Assembly (NCBI GenBank): GCA_051294375.1
Contig: CM119269.1
Span: 17,656,265 to 17,720,264, forward strand
Reading direction: 5' to 3'
Source: Paraspadella gotoi
Taxonomy: Eukaryota > Animalia > Chaetognatha
Length of the DNA stretch: 64,000 bases
The first letter of the stretch is position 1. Each line of letters starts with the position of its first letter. A model generated the notes under the pieces. It ran no database searches, was not told the origin of the DNA, and saw nothing but the letters and a program-made list of their open reading frames with translations. This document shows, in pieces, positions 43,557-55,200 of this stretch. The translations under genes were made by a program, and so were the position numbers.

Positions 43557-43777
43557 CTCGTCTTTATTTTCTCTCTCTTCTTCTCGATTTCTTTTATCAC
43601 TCGTTTCTCGAATGTAAACCGAAAGGCGGCGAACTTCTGCCTCTGCTCCGCCGCGGCTGTCGCTGCTCCTTGAATTCTCCTCCCTCCTTCCTCCTCACCC
43701 TCATCTTCCCACCGCCTCCCTTTCTACTTATCTTCCTCCCCTTCCTCCTCACCTTCCCCTTTATCATCTCCTGTCGC

Positions 43778-43854
<77 letters not shown>

Positions 43855-43888
43855 GATGTAGCCGGGGCGTCCGGAACGGAGCATTCCT

Positions 43889-43950
<62 letters not shown>

Positions 43951-44639
43951 AATATCCTGCGACTCGCTCATTCTCTCTCATTCTCGTTCTCTCCTCCTCT
44001 CTCTCGTTATAAACCACAAACCTCTCTCCCTCTCTCTTCTCTCTCTCTCTCTCTCTCTGCAGCGTTTAACTCCAAATCGTAACTCGGCTCGTAAGAATAA
44101 TGAAACTCCCTTTATGATCATCGAGTCAGAAAAAAAATGCGGCGAGAGACGAAAACGACGGGAAAGAATAATAAAAAAACCAACTGAAAATTGTACTTAG
44201 AAATATAATATTTTAAAATCTAACTTGTTAAATTTTAAATTTTAGAAACGAACGATGGTTTGACGAAAGTAAAACGGCATCGAATTCGTCGGGCGACGCT
44301 GTCTCCCCCTCCCACCTTCGTCTACGACCTGCCGCCCTGGTGGCGCCACGAAGACACCTTCCGAACTTAAATAAAAACCAAAATACTAACAATAATTTTA
44401 TAAAAAGGATTGAATTAAAAAAAACAAAGAAATATAATTACGGATACTTAAAACACCCACCGAAGCCCAAAGAGAAAAAAAAACCGCAGTAGGATTTCGA
44501 ACTCCCGCGTAACAAAGAAACGAGCTGTGATATCATCTCCTCCCACACTCACAAACTCTCTCCCCCTTTCACCCCGACTCGGATCGAAAAAAAAACCAAA
44601 ACTCAAAACAAAAGAACAAAAAAACAAAACCAAAACAAG

Positions 44640-44961
44640 ATGGCGAACGACAGCGAATCGATCGCCGACGTGTGTTGGAACTCCTTGACGCTTCCGGTTT
44701 ACAAAATCGAGATTAGGCGCGAACGGGCGACGACGGCGGCCACGACGACGACTACGACGACGCGCCCCTCGAAGCGGAAATCTCCCCACAGCCTCGTCGA
44801 CGGCCTCGACGGGCGACGCCAAAGTCTCCGCGGCGTCGCCAGGAGTCGACGGACGACGAACGGTTCGGCGCGGCGAAGAATCAAAGCGGCGGCGTCGATT
44901 TTCGTCGCCGTCGTCTTCGCCGTATTCACCTTCGTTTCCCAAGTGGGAGCCGTTAACACAG
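44640..44961 (+). CDS. Glypican exon 1 (N-terminus and signal peptide)
   Basis: ATG at 44640; ends ...[31 protein letters not shown] followed by donor G|GTAAAA. The phase 1 junction joins exon 2 in frame (G+GC = Gly, then CHEVK). Confidence 0.75.
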
Positions 44962-45733
44962 GTAAAAAGTTGTATGATTTTTGTGTTTGTTGATTTTGTC
45001 ACTTGCTAAATTTTTTTTTAGACGAAAGTCACTTCTCCTAATGTAGGAAAGATCTTACAATTATTATATTGAAGAAACATTAAAGCTACAGACCAAATTC
45101 CGACCAAAAATGAAAAAGCATGCTGAAGCGGTGAAAAAGTGACGGGGCAAAAGTTAAGAACAAGACCTGGATAATTAGTAAATAGTTATCGTCCTTTGGT
45201 GTCCTTTGTATTTCTTACATTATTATTTTTCAGTTTTATTAAACTTGGCTTTACTGTAGAATTCGATCCGAATACCTAATTCCTCTTGTGAGTCAACTGA
45301 GTTTTCATTTAATGTGTAAATGGTCCGCAAAAGGTAATGGATTATTAAATCTAATTATCGAATGCGGAGAAACAGGAGTGAGCTACGGAGTGAACCAAAA
45401 TGTGTTGTGTTTCTACGTCTCCGAGTGAGGCGGTGGCGTTTGAACAATGACGCGGGGGCAAGGGGGGCGTGCGAACGTCCCTGGTGGGTCGTCTTCGAGA
45501 CCCGGTGGCCCCGAGTGGCCCGTGAGACTCCGATGCCGAGCACGATTCGCGACGAGGAGTCAAAAGTTGGGCAAAGGACGACCCTTGCCACCAAAGACGA
45601 CGACTACGACGACGACGACGACGACGACGTCCGTGACGAGGATTGTCACCGAAGTGACGATGACGAAACGGGACAGATTTGTTTAAAGGAAAAAAAAAAA
45701 ACTGTTTTGAATGGCGCGCGGTTATTTGAGAGG

Positions 45734-45808
<75 letters not shown>

Positions 45809-47801
45809 CGGAAATTCTTGGAAGAAGCAAAGTTCATCTTGGTGCGAAAAAAGGAAATCAAACAAAAGAGAATCGAAAGGAGGAGAAAAAAGGAAAAATA
45901 TTTCGTTTTTCGTCCAAAAGTAAAAAAGTAAAAAAAAAAGTTTAGAACCGGGATCGAACGGACGACCTTCCCTCTCGCCGTATAAAGGACGGAGACCGCG
46001 TAGGCCCTCTAAAAGCCAATCTAAAAACTTGCGTGGGTGTCTGGAATGAAGTGGTAATCCAGGAAACAAGATTGCTAGTTAGTTGCGAATTCAGAGTCGT
46101 CAAACAATCGAATGTATAAAGAAAGATGTAAAATCACTGTTTCCCTTAAATTCATAAAATATAATCATGTATATTTAATTATAAGTACGTAATATTCTCA
46201 ATAATTTAAATCCCTTTTCTATGTTCTTTTTCCCTTCCCTCTTCTCTCAAGGCTGTCACGAGGTGAAACGCTCCGCCCCATCAGTCGGCCTCTCCCGCAC
46301 CGACGTCCCCTTCTCCCCCATCGTCGGCGAGCGACTTCAGTTCTGCAGCAGCGGCGGCGGCAACGGCACCTGCTGCACCCGCGGCATGGAACACAAACTG
46401 TCGGCCAGGTGCCGCGTGGACTTTGACGACAGCCTGCGCGAATCTACCAAACACCTCCGCCGCCTCTTCACAGCCCAGACGGCACGGTTCGACCAGTTCT
46501 ACGCGCGCCTCCTCGACAACGGGGAAAAGGACCTCAACAAAATGTTCCTCCGCACCTACGGCGCCCTCTACGAGCAAAACTCCAAGGTCTTCGAGGATCT
46601 CTTCCGAGACCTGAGGAAGTTCTTTCGCGGGGGCAACGTCGATCTCGGCGACGTGATGGACAACTTTTTTGCCGAGCTCCTTAAGAAGATGTTCCAGTTG
46701 TTGAACGCGCAGTACCAGGTGCGTTTGGAGGGTAGGGTACGTGGGAGTTGGCGGGAGGGATGAGATTTGTGACGGTGTTATGGAGACTCCCGGGCTTAAC
46801 GTTTGGACCCGGCACGGTTTAATTCGAGACTAATAGGGTTGATTGGTGGAAATTGTCATTTAATTTTCGCAGACACCTGCAAATTGGAAATAAAATACTA
46901 GAAATAAATATATTATATATTTTGACGCTGAATTTTTTAATTGGTCTGCTACAAAATTCGATCTGACGCTTGAATCGAAAGTCCCTGGGTCCAAAACTAA
47001 AAATAATTAAAAATAAATCGAGTTGCCTTAATTTTTTTCCGGAGATTCTCGATCGATTACCCAGCAGGATTTTTTGACGGGAGCCGAAAAAAATAACTTA
47101 AAAGGAAAAGAAAATGTCAATTGCTCATCGTTAAAATAGGAACTTTTAAAATTGGGGAAATAAAAAATAAATAAAACCTTCCAGCCAACCTCTGGATCTT
47201 GAAAATCAAATAAAAGAGGAGCGCAATTTCTTCCTTTTTTTTTAATATTAAAGACGCGATTTTCTCTTAAAATTCTCGATCTTTCGATCGAAGTCTCCCA
47301 TTCTCATTTCGTGTCATCGATCCATCGTAGGGAGAAAACTTCTTTCCCCTCCCCGTAACAGAAAATCCAAAAAAATATTAAAAAAGCGAGGGCTCTTTTC
47401 TTCTTAATCATTTCCCGTCAAATGAGGGACAAAAGAGAGTCCAACCGACCGAAAACCTCTACTGACGAAACGATTAAAGGTATTTTTTCAAGGGATTAGC
47501 GTCGAGAAGATTACAGATTGTCCACATTCTCTCCGTCTTTTTCCTCGTCTTTCTTTCCACCCCCCCCCCTACCTCCCCTCCGCCACCTTCTCTGTTTCTC
47601 GATGAATGGCCAAACAAAACCGGATATTCGCCCTGTTTTTATTTCTTTCTTTCTTTGTTTCTCCCTTTTGGTCGAGAGAGCGGGGCCACTGGATTGTTGA
47701 CACAATACCTGGTGTGTGCAGGGAGAAAGAGAGAGAGAGAGAGAGGAAGAGGAGAGTGTGTTCTCGCGGGGCAAATTTGCCCTACTTACCTCTCAGGGCA
47801 T

Positions 47802-47869
<68 letters not shown>

Positions 47870-50800
47870 GAGGGAGAAAGAAAGAAAGGTGCCACCGTCT
47901 TTGTTGCCAATCGATCAGTAAGCAAAGATCAGAACACAAAGACGTTACGCGCCTCTCACCACGCTAATTTTTGCTCGTCTTGTTCCGCCCGCTCATTTTG
48001 TTTGCTCGTATGTTCTATATAAAAAAGGCTATGCATATTGCACAACACATAGAACAACTTCGTCAAATCAAAATCCAAGCCTCAAATTCGACTTTCAATC
48101 AGATAAAATTGTAGTTATGACTTAGAGACCAACCGACCAATTAAATAGGTTCATTTCTCAGCTATAACAAAAGACATAGGATTCTCCCTTTTACCTAAAT
48201 AAGGATGATACCGCATCTACCCAAGAGAATCAAACTCCCCAGTCAAATGGCAGTCGACAAGATTGACTGCACCGATTGAATGATTTGCACCAAACAGTCC
48301 AAACAGTCAAACCCCCTCATCCAATTTTTACTCTTCAGTTCGACGAGGGTTACCTCACCTGCGTCACCGACCTTATGGAGGAACTGAAGCCCTTCAAGGA
48401 CGTTCCGCAGCGGCTCACCCTCCAGGTCAAGCGTTCCTTCACGGCGGCGAGATCGTTCGTCCAGGCGCTGGCCGTCGGGCGCGACGTCATCCATCGATCT
48501 TCGGAGCTGCAGCCGTCGCAGCTCTGCCACGTCGCCCTGATGCGGATGAAGTTTTGCCCACACTGTCAGGGCCTGCCCGCCATTCGACCCTGCAACTCCC
48601 TCTGTCTCAACGTCATGAAGGGATGCTTATCGCAGCAGGTAGGGCGGAGGGACTGGGAGGAAGTTAACGGGGTGGGTGGCTGGGGGCGGGGTTTTTGTCA
48701 GAATATCTCGATATAACTTTTTCTTTCATCAATTGATAAATTATCTTTTTTTATTTTTATTCTTCATTTTTATTTTATGAAAACAATTATTTTCCTCCAT
48801 TTCTCTATTCTTGACTTTTTTTAATTGTAATTGTCGTTTTCTTTCATATTCAATCGTTCTCTTTCTGATCGGTATTCCGTTCTCCCTCAGTCCGAACTGG
48901 ACAGCACCTGGAACAAATTCACGGACGCGTTGACGATGCTCGCCGATCGCCTCGAAGGTCCCTTCAACATCGAGCAAGTCGTCGACCCGATAGACGTCAA
49001 AATCTCCGAGGCCATCATGAATTTTCAGGATACGAGCGCCGAGGTGAGAAAAAGAGAAAGAAAAAAAGAGAAAAATATAAATTTGCATGAGGATATGGCA
49101 ACAGCCGGGTTGCCTGTGATGCCCATTGCGATGGGGCATCTCACTGTTGGCTTTGGGTTCTTCCGACCCTCAGTGACGCCTCCAATCACTAGCGCGGTTA
49201 CCCTAGGACAGTCTCAATGGAACACAAGCCTGGGATGGTGTATTCACCCTCTGATCCAATGGTATTGGCTGAGCGATGGTGGATGTGAGGCGGTGTGAAT
49301 ATACCGCCACAAGGACTCATTTTATGACATACAGACTAACGGTGCAACCAACTTGACCTGAAGATCACACCGAAGGAAGGATATATGTACATATGTGTAT
49401 TGAATTCATTGCGAATTTAGTTGACCCTTCCCATTTTCCACAGGTCTCGAAGCGTGTCTTCAGGCAATGCGGCACTCCGGACTTCAACCACAACCGGCGG
49501 CGCCGCTCGGTCAGCGCCCGCGCATCTCTTCGTACCCGACGCGGCGCGGAGACACCCGAAGCGTCCGACGCCGACGACCGCGACCGTCGCGACGCCTTAG
49601 CCGATCGGCGTCGACTGGCGGCGCTGGGCATCACTTCTCTTAGAGTTGACGACGCAGAGGGTGACGACGTCATAATTGACGAAGGCGGTGTCGATCCGGG
49701 CGTCCCGGTCAGTTTTCCCGACGCGCCCGGCAGCGGCGGTGCACGTCGCGGTGGCGCCGGTGGACCCAAAAACGACGGCGTCTTCGTGGAGATGAACTAC
49801 GAGCGTGGCGGATTCAGTGGCGGCGCCGGTTCCGGCCTCGGCGTCGGTGGCACTCGTCACAATCCCCACGGGGAATCCCTGGACTTTCTCGTCCGCGAGA
49901 TGAAGTCGAAGATCAAGATCTCCCGCAGCATCTGGACGCACCTGCCCCACAACGTCTGCAACAACGAGAAGATGCTGGCGGCGGAGACGGCCGACGAGGA
50001 GGCGTGCTGGAACGGGCGCGGCAAAGGTCGATACGAGCCGCTCGTCGTGGCCGACGGGTTGAAGGCACAGACGAAGAATCCAGAGTTTCCTTCCATTTCC
50101 TCGCACAACGAACTTCTTAAGCCGAACAGCGTCATTCAGGTCTGTGAAGAATTGTTTAGGTTTCTCTTTTTCCATTGTTATATCAACGCTGGAAATGGAT
50201 ACAGATGTATCTGATTGATCAATGATCAATTAGGTTGTCTCTCTTAAATTGTAATGCGTGAATCATGTGGTAAAAACTCGAGTAACAGGTAAAAATAGAT
50301 TTACTAAATTTTAACATTTTAGCATTTAACAAGGATTTTGATTTTTCCGATTCCATCTGCGATGATATCTTAGATTTTATAAAAATAACTTTGTGTTTCA
50401 AAACGATTAATTTCTATTTTAACTATTTCATCTTGTAAAAGCCAAATTATCAGTTTTGTTTCTATTTTCAATTTTGAATGAATGAAAGAAAGATCAGTAA
50501 TACTTCTTCGAACATTTCTTGGGACATTTTTGGATCTTTCTTGAACCATTATTCAGGAACAACTGGTGGCGCTGCGATCGATGACGCAACGACTAAAAAA
50601 CGCCTACAACGGAATGGACGTCGAATGGCCGGAAACTGAGCCAAGCGTCATCTGGGCGGGAAGCGGAAGCGGCGACGACAACGCCGAGCGAATCGACGAC
50701 GACGACGACGACAAAGAAGACTACGCCGAGACGGGTTCCGGAATTGAGGGAAGCGGCGCCGGCGACGTCAACGCCGCGGCAGAGACGCCGCGAGATCGGC

Positions 50801-51015
50801 ATCCCCTAACGCCCGTCAAGCCGGAGCAGACGGACAAGGGTCGAGAAAAGCCACCAAAGTGCGACGGAAAGTGGGTCGGCAGTTACTGCGTCGTGGAAGG
50901 ACCGGGGGCGGCGCCGCGTCCGCCCAACGGCGCCGAAACGTGTCGAAGCGGCCTCGTCGCGGTCTTTCTTGGCGTCCTCTCAGCGAGGGCGCTGGCGGCG
51001 GCGCCATTGTGGTGA
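44640..51015 (+). CDS. GPC4/6-like (dlp): Glypican (GPI-anchored heparan sulfate proteoglycan), GPC1/2/4/6 / Dally-like subfamily; 6 exons, ~798 aa
   Basis: Exons 44640-44961, 46252-46718, 48339-48638, 48891-49043, 49444-50139, 50557-51015. All introns are GT-AG with compatible phases (1,0,0,0,0); total 2397 nt with no internal stop. All 14 canonical glypican Cys are present (CHEV, QFC, TCC, LTC, QLC, FCPHC, RPC, SLC, KGC, RQCG, NVC, EACWNG). Subfamily motifs [26 protein letters not shown] and [14 protein letters not shown]; Ser-Gly cluster in acidic context; hydrophobic C-terminus. Confidence 0.95.
46252..46718 (+). CDS. Glypican exon 2 (Cys1-4)
   Basis: Polypyrimidine tract + AAG acceptor; CHEVKRS...LQFC...[11 protein letters not shown]...[26 protein letters not shown]...LLNAQYQ; donor CAG|GTGCGT. 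Confidence 0.95.
48339..48638 (+). CDS. Glypican exon 3 (Cys5-11)
   Basis: TTCAG| acceptor; FDEGYLTCV...LKPFKDVP...AARSFVQAL...[31 protein letters not shown]; donor CAG|GTAGGG. Confidence 0.95.
48891..49043 (+). CDS. Glypican exon 4
   Basis: CCCTCAG| acceptor; [51 protein letters not shown]; donor GAG|GTGAGA. Confidence 0.95.
49444..50139 (+). CDS. Glypican exon 5 (Cys12-14, furin loop)
   Basis: CCACAG| acceptor; [12 protein letters not shown]...RRRRS...[10 protein letters not shown]...[10 protein letters not shown]...NPEF...VIQ; donor CAG|GTCTGT. Confidence 0.92.
50557..51015 (+). CDS. Glypican exon 6 (HS-attachment region and GPI signal)
   Basis: ATTCAG| acceptor; [24 protein letters not shown]...GSGSGDD...DDDDDD...GSGIEGSG...[19 protein letters not shown]. 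The internal reading frame is partly uncertain because indels differ between the two arms. Confidence 0.85.
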   Translation, partial: EQLVALRSMTQRLKNAYNGMDVEWPETEPSVIWAGSGSGDDNAERIDDDDDDKEDYAETGSGIEGSGAGDVNAAAETPRDRHPLTPVKPEQTDKGREKPPKCDGKWVGSYCVVEGPGAAPRPPNGAETCRSGLVAVFLGVLSARALAAAPLW

Positions 51016-52211
51016 TCGCGGGAACCTGTCAACCTTCTGCGTTGACGCGTAAACCCCTTGCGTATCTGCATTTCCATCTCCCTCGTCATCCAACTCTTAC
51101 AATCTTCCACAAATCCTCTGACCTCCCACTTCATTGATTCTGCTCCGCCAAAAATAAAAACGCAATATCGAAACTTGAATTTCCCAACGCACAAAGTTCG
51201 AGCGCGCGCGCAAAAAAACAAAAACAAAAAAAAAAAAGAGAAGGAAAAAGAGACCATCGGAAACAAAGTCTTTCTTTTTATTCGTCGTCGTTCGCTCACG
51301 TGATTTGTCTCGACATTCACGCCATTTCCCATTCCCTCTCCTCCCTCACCTCTTTCCATTGCCTGACCCTCATTAATATTTTCTCATATAAAAATATTGT
51401 TAAGATTCCAACCGACGGTTTCCCCCCCCCCGTTTCTTTTTTAATCCTCCCTTTTTTGGACTTCGCTTTCTCTTTGACATTTGAATCTCATTAGTCATTC
51501 ATCGTTCTCTCTTTTCCAGTTTTCTATTTTTTCTTTTTTTCTTTTTATATCTTTTTTCAATTTTTTTTTCAGCCATAGCAACTAGCTTCTTTCTTTTCAA
51601 TACTTCTTCTTCTGTCGTTTCCAGTTAATTCTTTTTTAATACCTTTTTATGTGTTTATAACTTTTGCCCTTCCCCAGTCGTCATCATTTGTCTTTTTATC
51701 ATTTTGACATTTCCAGTCTTCATTTCTCCTCCGCTTCCTTCCCTTGTCGACCCCCACATTCGAATTCGGATTTGTCATTTTCGAGTCATTTTTTATCTCC
51801 TCTCGTCAATTCCAACCTTCTTGAGATGTAATAGCATCGATTCCTCTCTCTCTCTATTATTGAGGCGAAAGAAAGCTTCCCTAGTAATTTTGTTTTATTT
51901 TACTTTTAAGTTGTTGTAATATACTGTGTATAGCTGTTTTTTTTTAAAATCGGGTGGCGCCTTATGACGTCATCATATTACGTAGAAGTAAAAAAAAGCT
52001 ATTTTGTTTCCCCGATACTTTATTTAACCTTTTTTTTAATATTACAATTGAGTGGCATATGATTTTCGTTATTGTTCTGTTTTTTTCGTTCTACGCCACG
52101 GTCGTCGAGAATATTATTATTAATTCGGTTTTTTTTTTCTAATTAATGTGTATTCTTTTTGTCGCGTCGTTTGTTCATTGTAAAATGAAACAAAAAGCAG
52201 TGATACGTTGA

Positions 52212-52217
52212 AATAAA
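52212..52217 (+). terminator. Candidate polyadenylation signal for the glypican 3' UTR
   Basis: AATAAA ~1.2 kb after the stop codon, following a U-rich UTR-like stretch; other AATAAA hexamers exist. Confidence 0.25.
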
Positions 52218-55200
52218 AATTAAAAAAAAAAACTTGTGGGTCGTCATTCTCCCATTCGTCAATTAGCGAATTGATTTTGACAGCAAAAGCTCTCTCTCTA
52301 TCTCTCTCTCTTTAACACACACCACACACGCGCACACGAGGTTCGTCAGTAGGATGTCTAAGCAAATTTTTCTGTGTGTGTGAGAGAGAGAGAAAGAGAA
52401 AAAGATCCTGAGATATTCGCACCTCAGTGGTGGGCTGAAGCTTAATTAGTTAGCAACGAAACTCATTAAGGGTTTCTGCTCCTTCGAGGCCGAACTTCGT
52501 GGCGTTTTCATTACCGGTCGGATTTTCGAATTGACATTGAGGGTTGAAAAAGATTTATAAACAGAGCAAGACAATAAAATAAGAGCTTCTCCGCCACTGA
52601 CGTTTCTGTCCTGTCCTAAAGAAAAAATCTTATAAATTCTTATAAATTCTATAGTAATATTAAGGTGGGACAGAGTTCAATATTAAATATTTTTTTCAAA
52701 TAAATTTTTTTTTGTTTTGCTAATTTTTTTTTTAATCGATTTTAACTGTGTTTAATGACTAAGTCTATTACTCTATAGCTTGGTAACTGAGCAACTGTCT
52801 AAATATAGGACGTGATATTGAACTAACCAAAAAAGCATTTATACTTTGAATAAGACAAATAGAATTCGTTGTAAATGTGAAGATGGGTATGTGGTATGTG
52901 GTATGTTGTTCAAATCTAGGAAAAGAAGCGGGAAATTATAAGAATGCTAGGAAAATGAGGAAAACATTATGGAGAAAGTAGGATTAAATTTATCTCAATA
53001 CCATTGAACCCAAACTCACCCAACTCACCCAAGACCAAGAAATTCGTAATTTAATTATTTCGTAAAATTAATTTTAAACCATATAACTAAAGCTAATCTC
53101 TTACAAAATTCTTAACCGAAATACCTAATCATCAACGATAATATCTCACTCTAACCCATACCATATTCTTTCACCCTAATTCTGAACCAGCGCTGAAATG
53201 GGGCGCTTTTGGAAAGTATTACTTTATATTGTATACTATATATAGTAGTAATTTTATTTTTAAATAAAATAAACCTCAAATTATTTTTAAACAATAGTCA
53301 CTTTAAAACTACCTATATGAGAGACTTACTAGTTTTCAATCTATTTTGACTTAAATTTATTGTGGATCTTTTTTTCATTTTGTCGATACCAACAAGCATT
53401 AAGGTAGGGCAACATCGCTTACCTTGCCACTGCAGCCTTCGGGAACAAATTTTCTGTCTCAAGAGTACATCTTTCGGAAAGAGAGCGAGAGAGAGAGAGA
53501 GACAAAGATTAATTGGCTGACGAAAAGTACCCGATGAAGAGAGAAAAAAAGGAGTCTGAAGCGAGGAAATTGTCCAGATCACGACATTGTCTTGATTGAG
53601 CAAGAGCGTTTTCGACTTTCATAATTACCGATTGATAATTACAGAATTAAAACCTACTTTGTTTGATATTTAAAACAAGTTTAAAAGAAAATGAACTTTT
53701 TTAAAAAAGTCTAATATGTTTTGCCAGAACTTTTTCCCAAAAGCAAAGCCAAGCCGATTTTTTTTCATAGGGAATGATGCTGGGTTGGCCTATTCTATCC
53801 ATTAATAAAGAAATAAAAAACCGCGAAAGAAAAACAATATAACTTTTCTCCTATTTTTTTTCCATATTCGTCCTCATATTCGCCTGACGCGATGTAATTT
53901 CAGACTTAATCTCGCACTTCGCCGATTCTGGAGAGGTGCTTCGCCGAGTCTAACGCGGCACTATGCCGACACTAATGCGGCGTTTTGCCGACCCTGACCA
54001 GGTACTATGCCGACCCTGATGCGACGGTCTTCAAAAATTTCGTGTCGCGAGTTTCGATGGAAGCGATGGACGAAGTTTTAGTGTTATTCTAACCAGTTTG
54101 TTTACTATTAAAAAATGATTACAATAAAAAGCATTTTGAATGAGTTTAGTTTACTTTACCCAATAAGTTTCAGAATATTTTCGATTTTTTAAAAACTATC
54201 GTATGATTTGGCCTTACTAACCTAATTTGACTGTTTTACTATTTTTTAAATCCCGAAACAATTTGCCTCGCTTGAAAAGTATTTTGAATATATTTTAACC
54301 TCAGCTAACGCTTAGCATTTTTTTTCGTTATATATAAACTTTTGATATCATTGCTATTCACCTTGCCAACAAAAAAAGGTGTTGGATGCAAAATTAGATT
54401 TCATATTTCAATATTCTCTTCACCAATAACTAATTACCTAATGGAAATTAAGAATATCGGCTAACGCAAAAGGCTCCACGCTCCTCGGTTCGGCCTTAAA
54501 TTCTTTCACAGAATCAGAAACGCGGCGTGATCATACTATCACCGACCACCCCCCCCCCGCATTGGTAACGCTCTTTCGCTGATCTTTTTTAGCTTTTCCT
54601 CTCCGCGGATTCCTGTCGCCTTCCCATGGAGATAGGCAGAGAGGCAGAGAGGCAGAGAGGCAGAGAGAGAGAGAGAGAGAGAGAGAAAAAAGAGAGAGAG
54701 AGAGTCAGTCAGTCAGGACATCCTTCGTTGCCTCGGGGATTTTTTTTGGATCTCACAGAGGAGCAGACCATCACGCTTCGCCGCCGCCGCCTCCTTCATC
54801 TCCGCAGAAAACTTGACCATAGCGGCTCGGGATCAGGCCTTCAAGGGATTTTCCGGCTCCGGTTCCCCGAAATCCGGAAAAACCCACAATTCCGACTTCT
54901 TTCGATCCGGAAAAAGCTTACAATCTCTCTGCCTCCTTGTTTTGGTTCTTGCAGCGGCGTGTTTTTCTTTTCTTTTTTTTTTTTTTGCCTCCGTGCGATT
55001 CCAGTGTGAATTGGGGATTGTTGTGTGAGCGTTGAGAGAGAGAGAGAGAGAGAGAGAGATAAAGGTAACGAATTAGCACTTAAGCGGCGGCGTTACGCCG
55101 TTAGTACGTAAGTCTGAAGCAGATAATATCGTAATGAAGCTCGGCATTAGGCTTATTCGACGATTCACCGAAGCCTTAATGTGGACCCGCGTGAAATCGG

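Larger units (their letters stand above)
29221..54307. repeat. Giant inverted repeat, arms 29221-41580 and 42018-54307 (~12.3 kb each)
   Basis: TAGCTGAGGTTAAAATA at 29221 is the reverse complement of TATTTTAACCTCAGCTA ending at 54307. At the inner ends GGCGGCCGCGAGGGAAACCGAAG (~41546-41568) mirrors CTTCGGTTTCCCTCGCGGCCGCC (~42028-42050). The spacer is GA/TC-rich and ends in 25 N. Confidence 0.97.

Noticed and set aside
20-45931. Many ORFs rich in ER/RE, SL/LS, poly-V/D/T/N/I/F
   Set aside because: They are translations of (GA)n, (TC)n, (CGA)n, (TAT)n and poly-T tracts, with no domain content.
49200-49380. RNase P/MRP, 7SK, hammerhead or HDV ribozyme in glypican intron 4
   Set aside because: Only fragments resemble them (GGACAGTC instead of the GGAAAGTC-type CR-I; GGATGTGAGGCG in one arm only; CTGAAGA without a downstream GAAA; no HDV L3 motif).
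33460-50229. Long ORFs antisense to or out of frame with glypican exons (e.g. 49597-50229 -, 48243-48563 -, 35009-35341 +)
   Set aside because: Shadow ORFs caused by GC-rich codon usage.
32555-51015. A true dally / dally-like paralog pair
   Set aside because: Introns and flanks are near-identical and both copies are the same subfamily; differences look like read errors.
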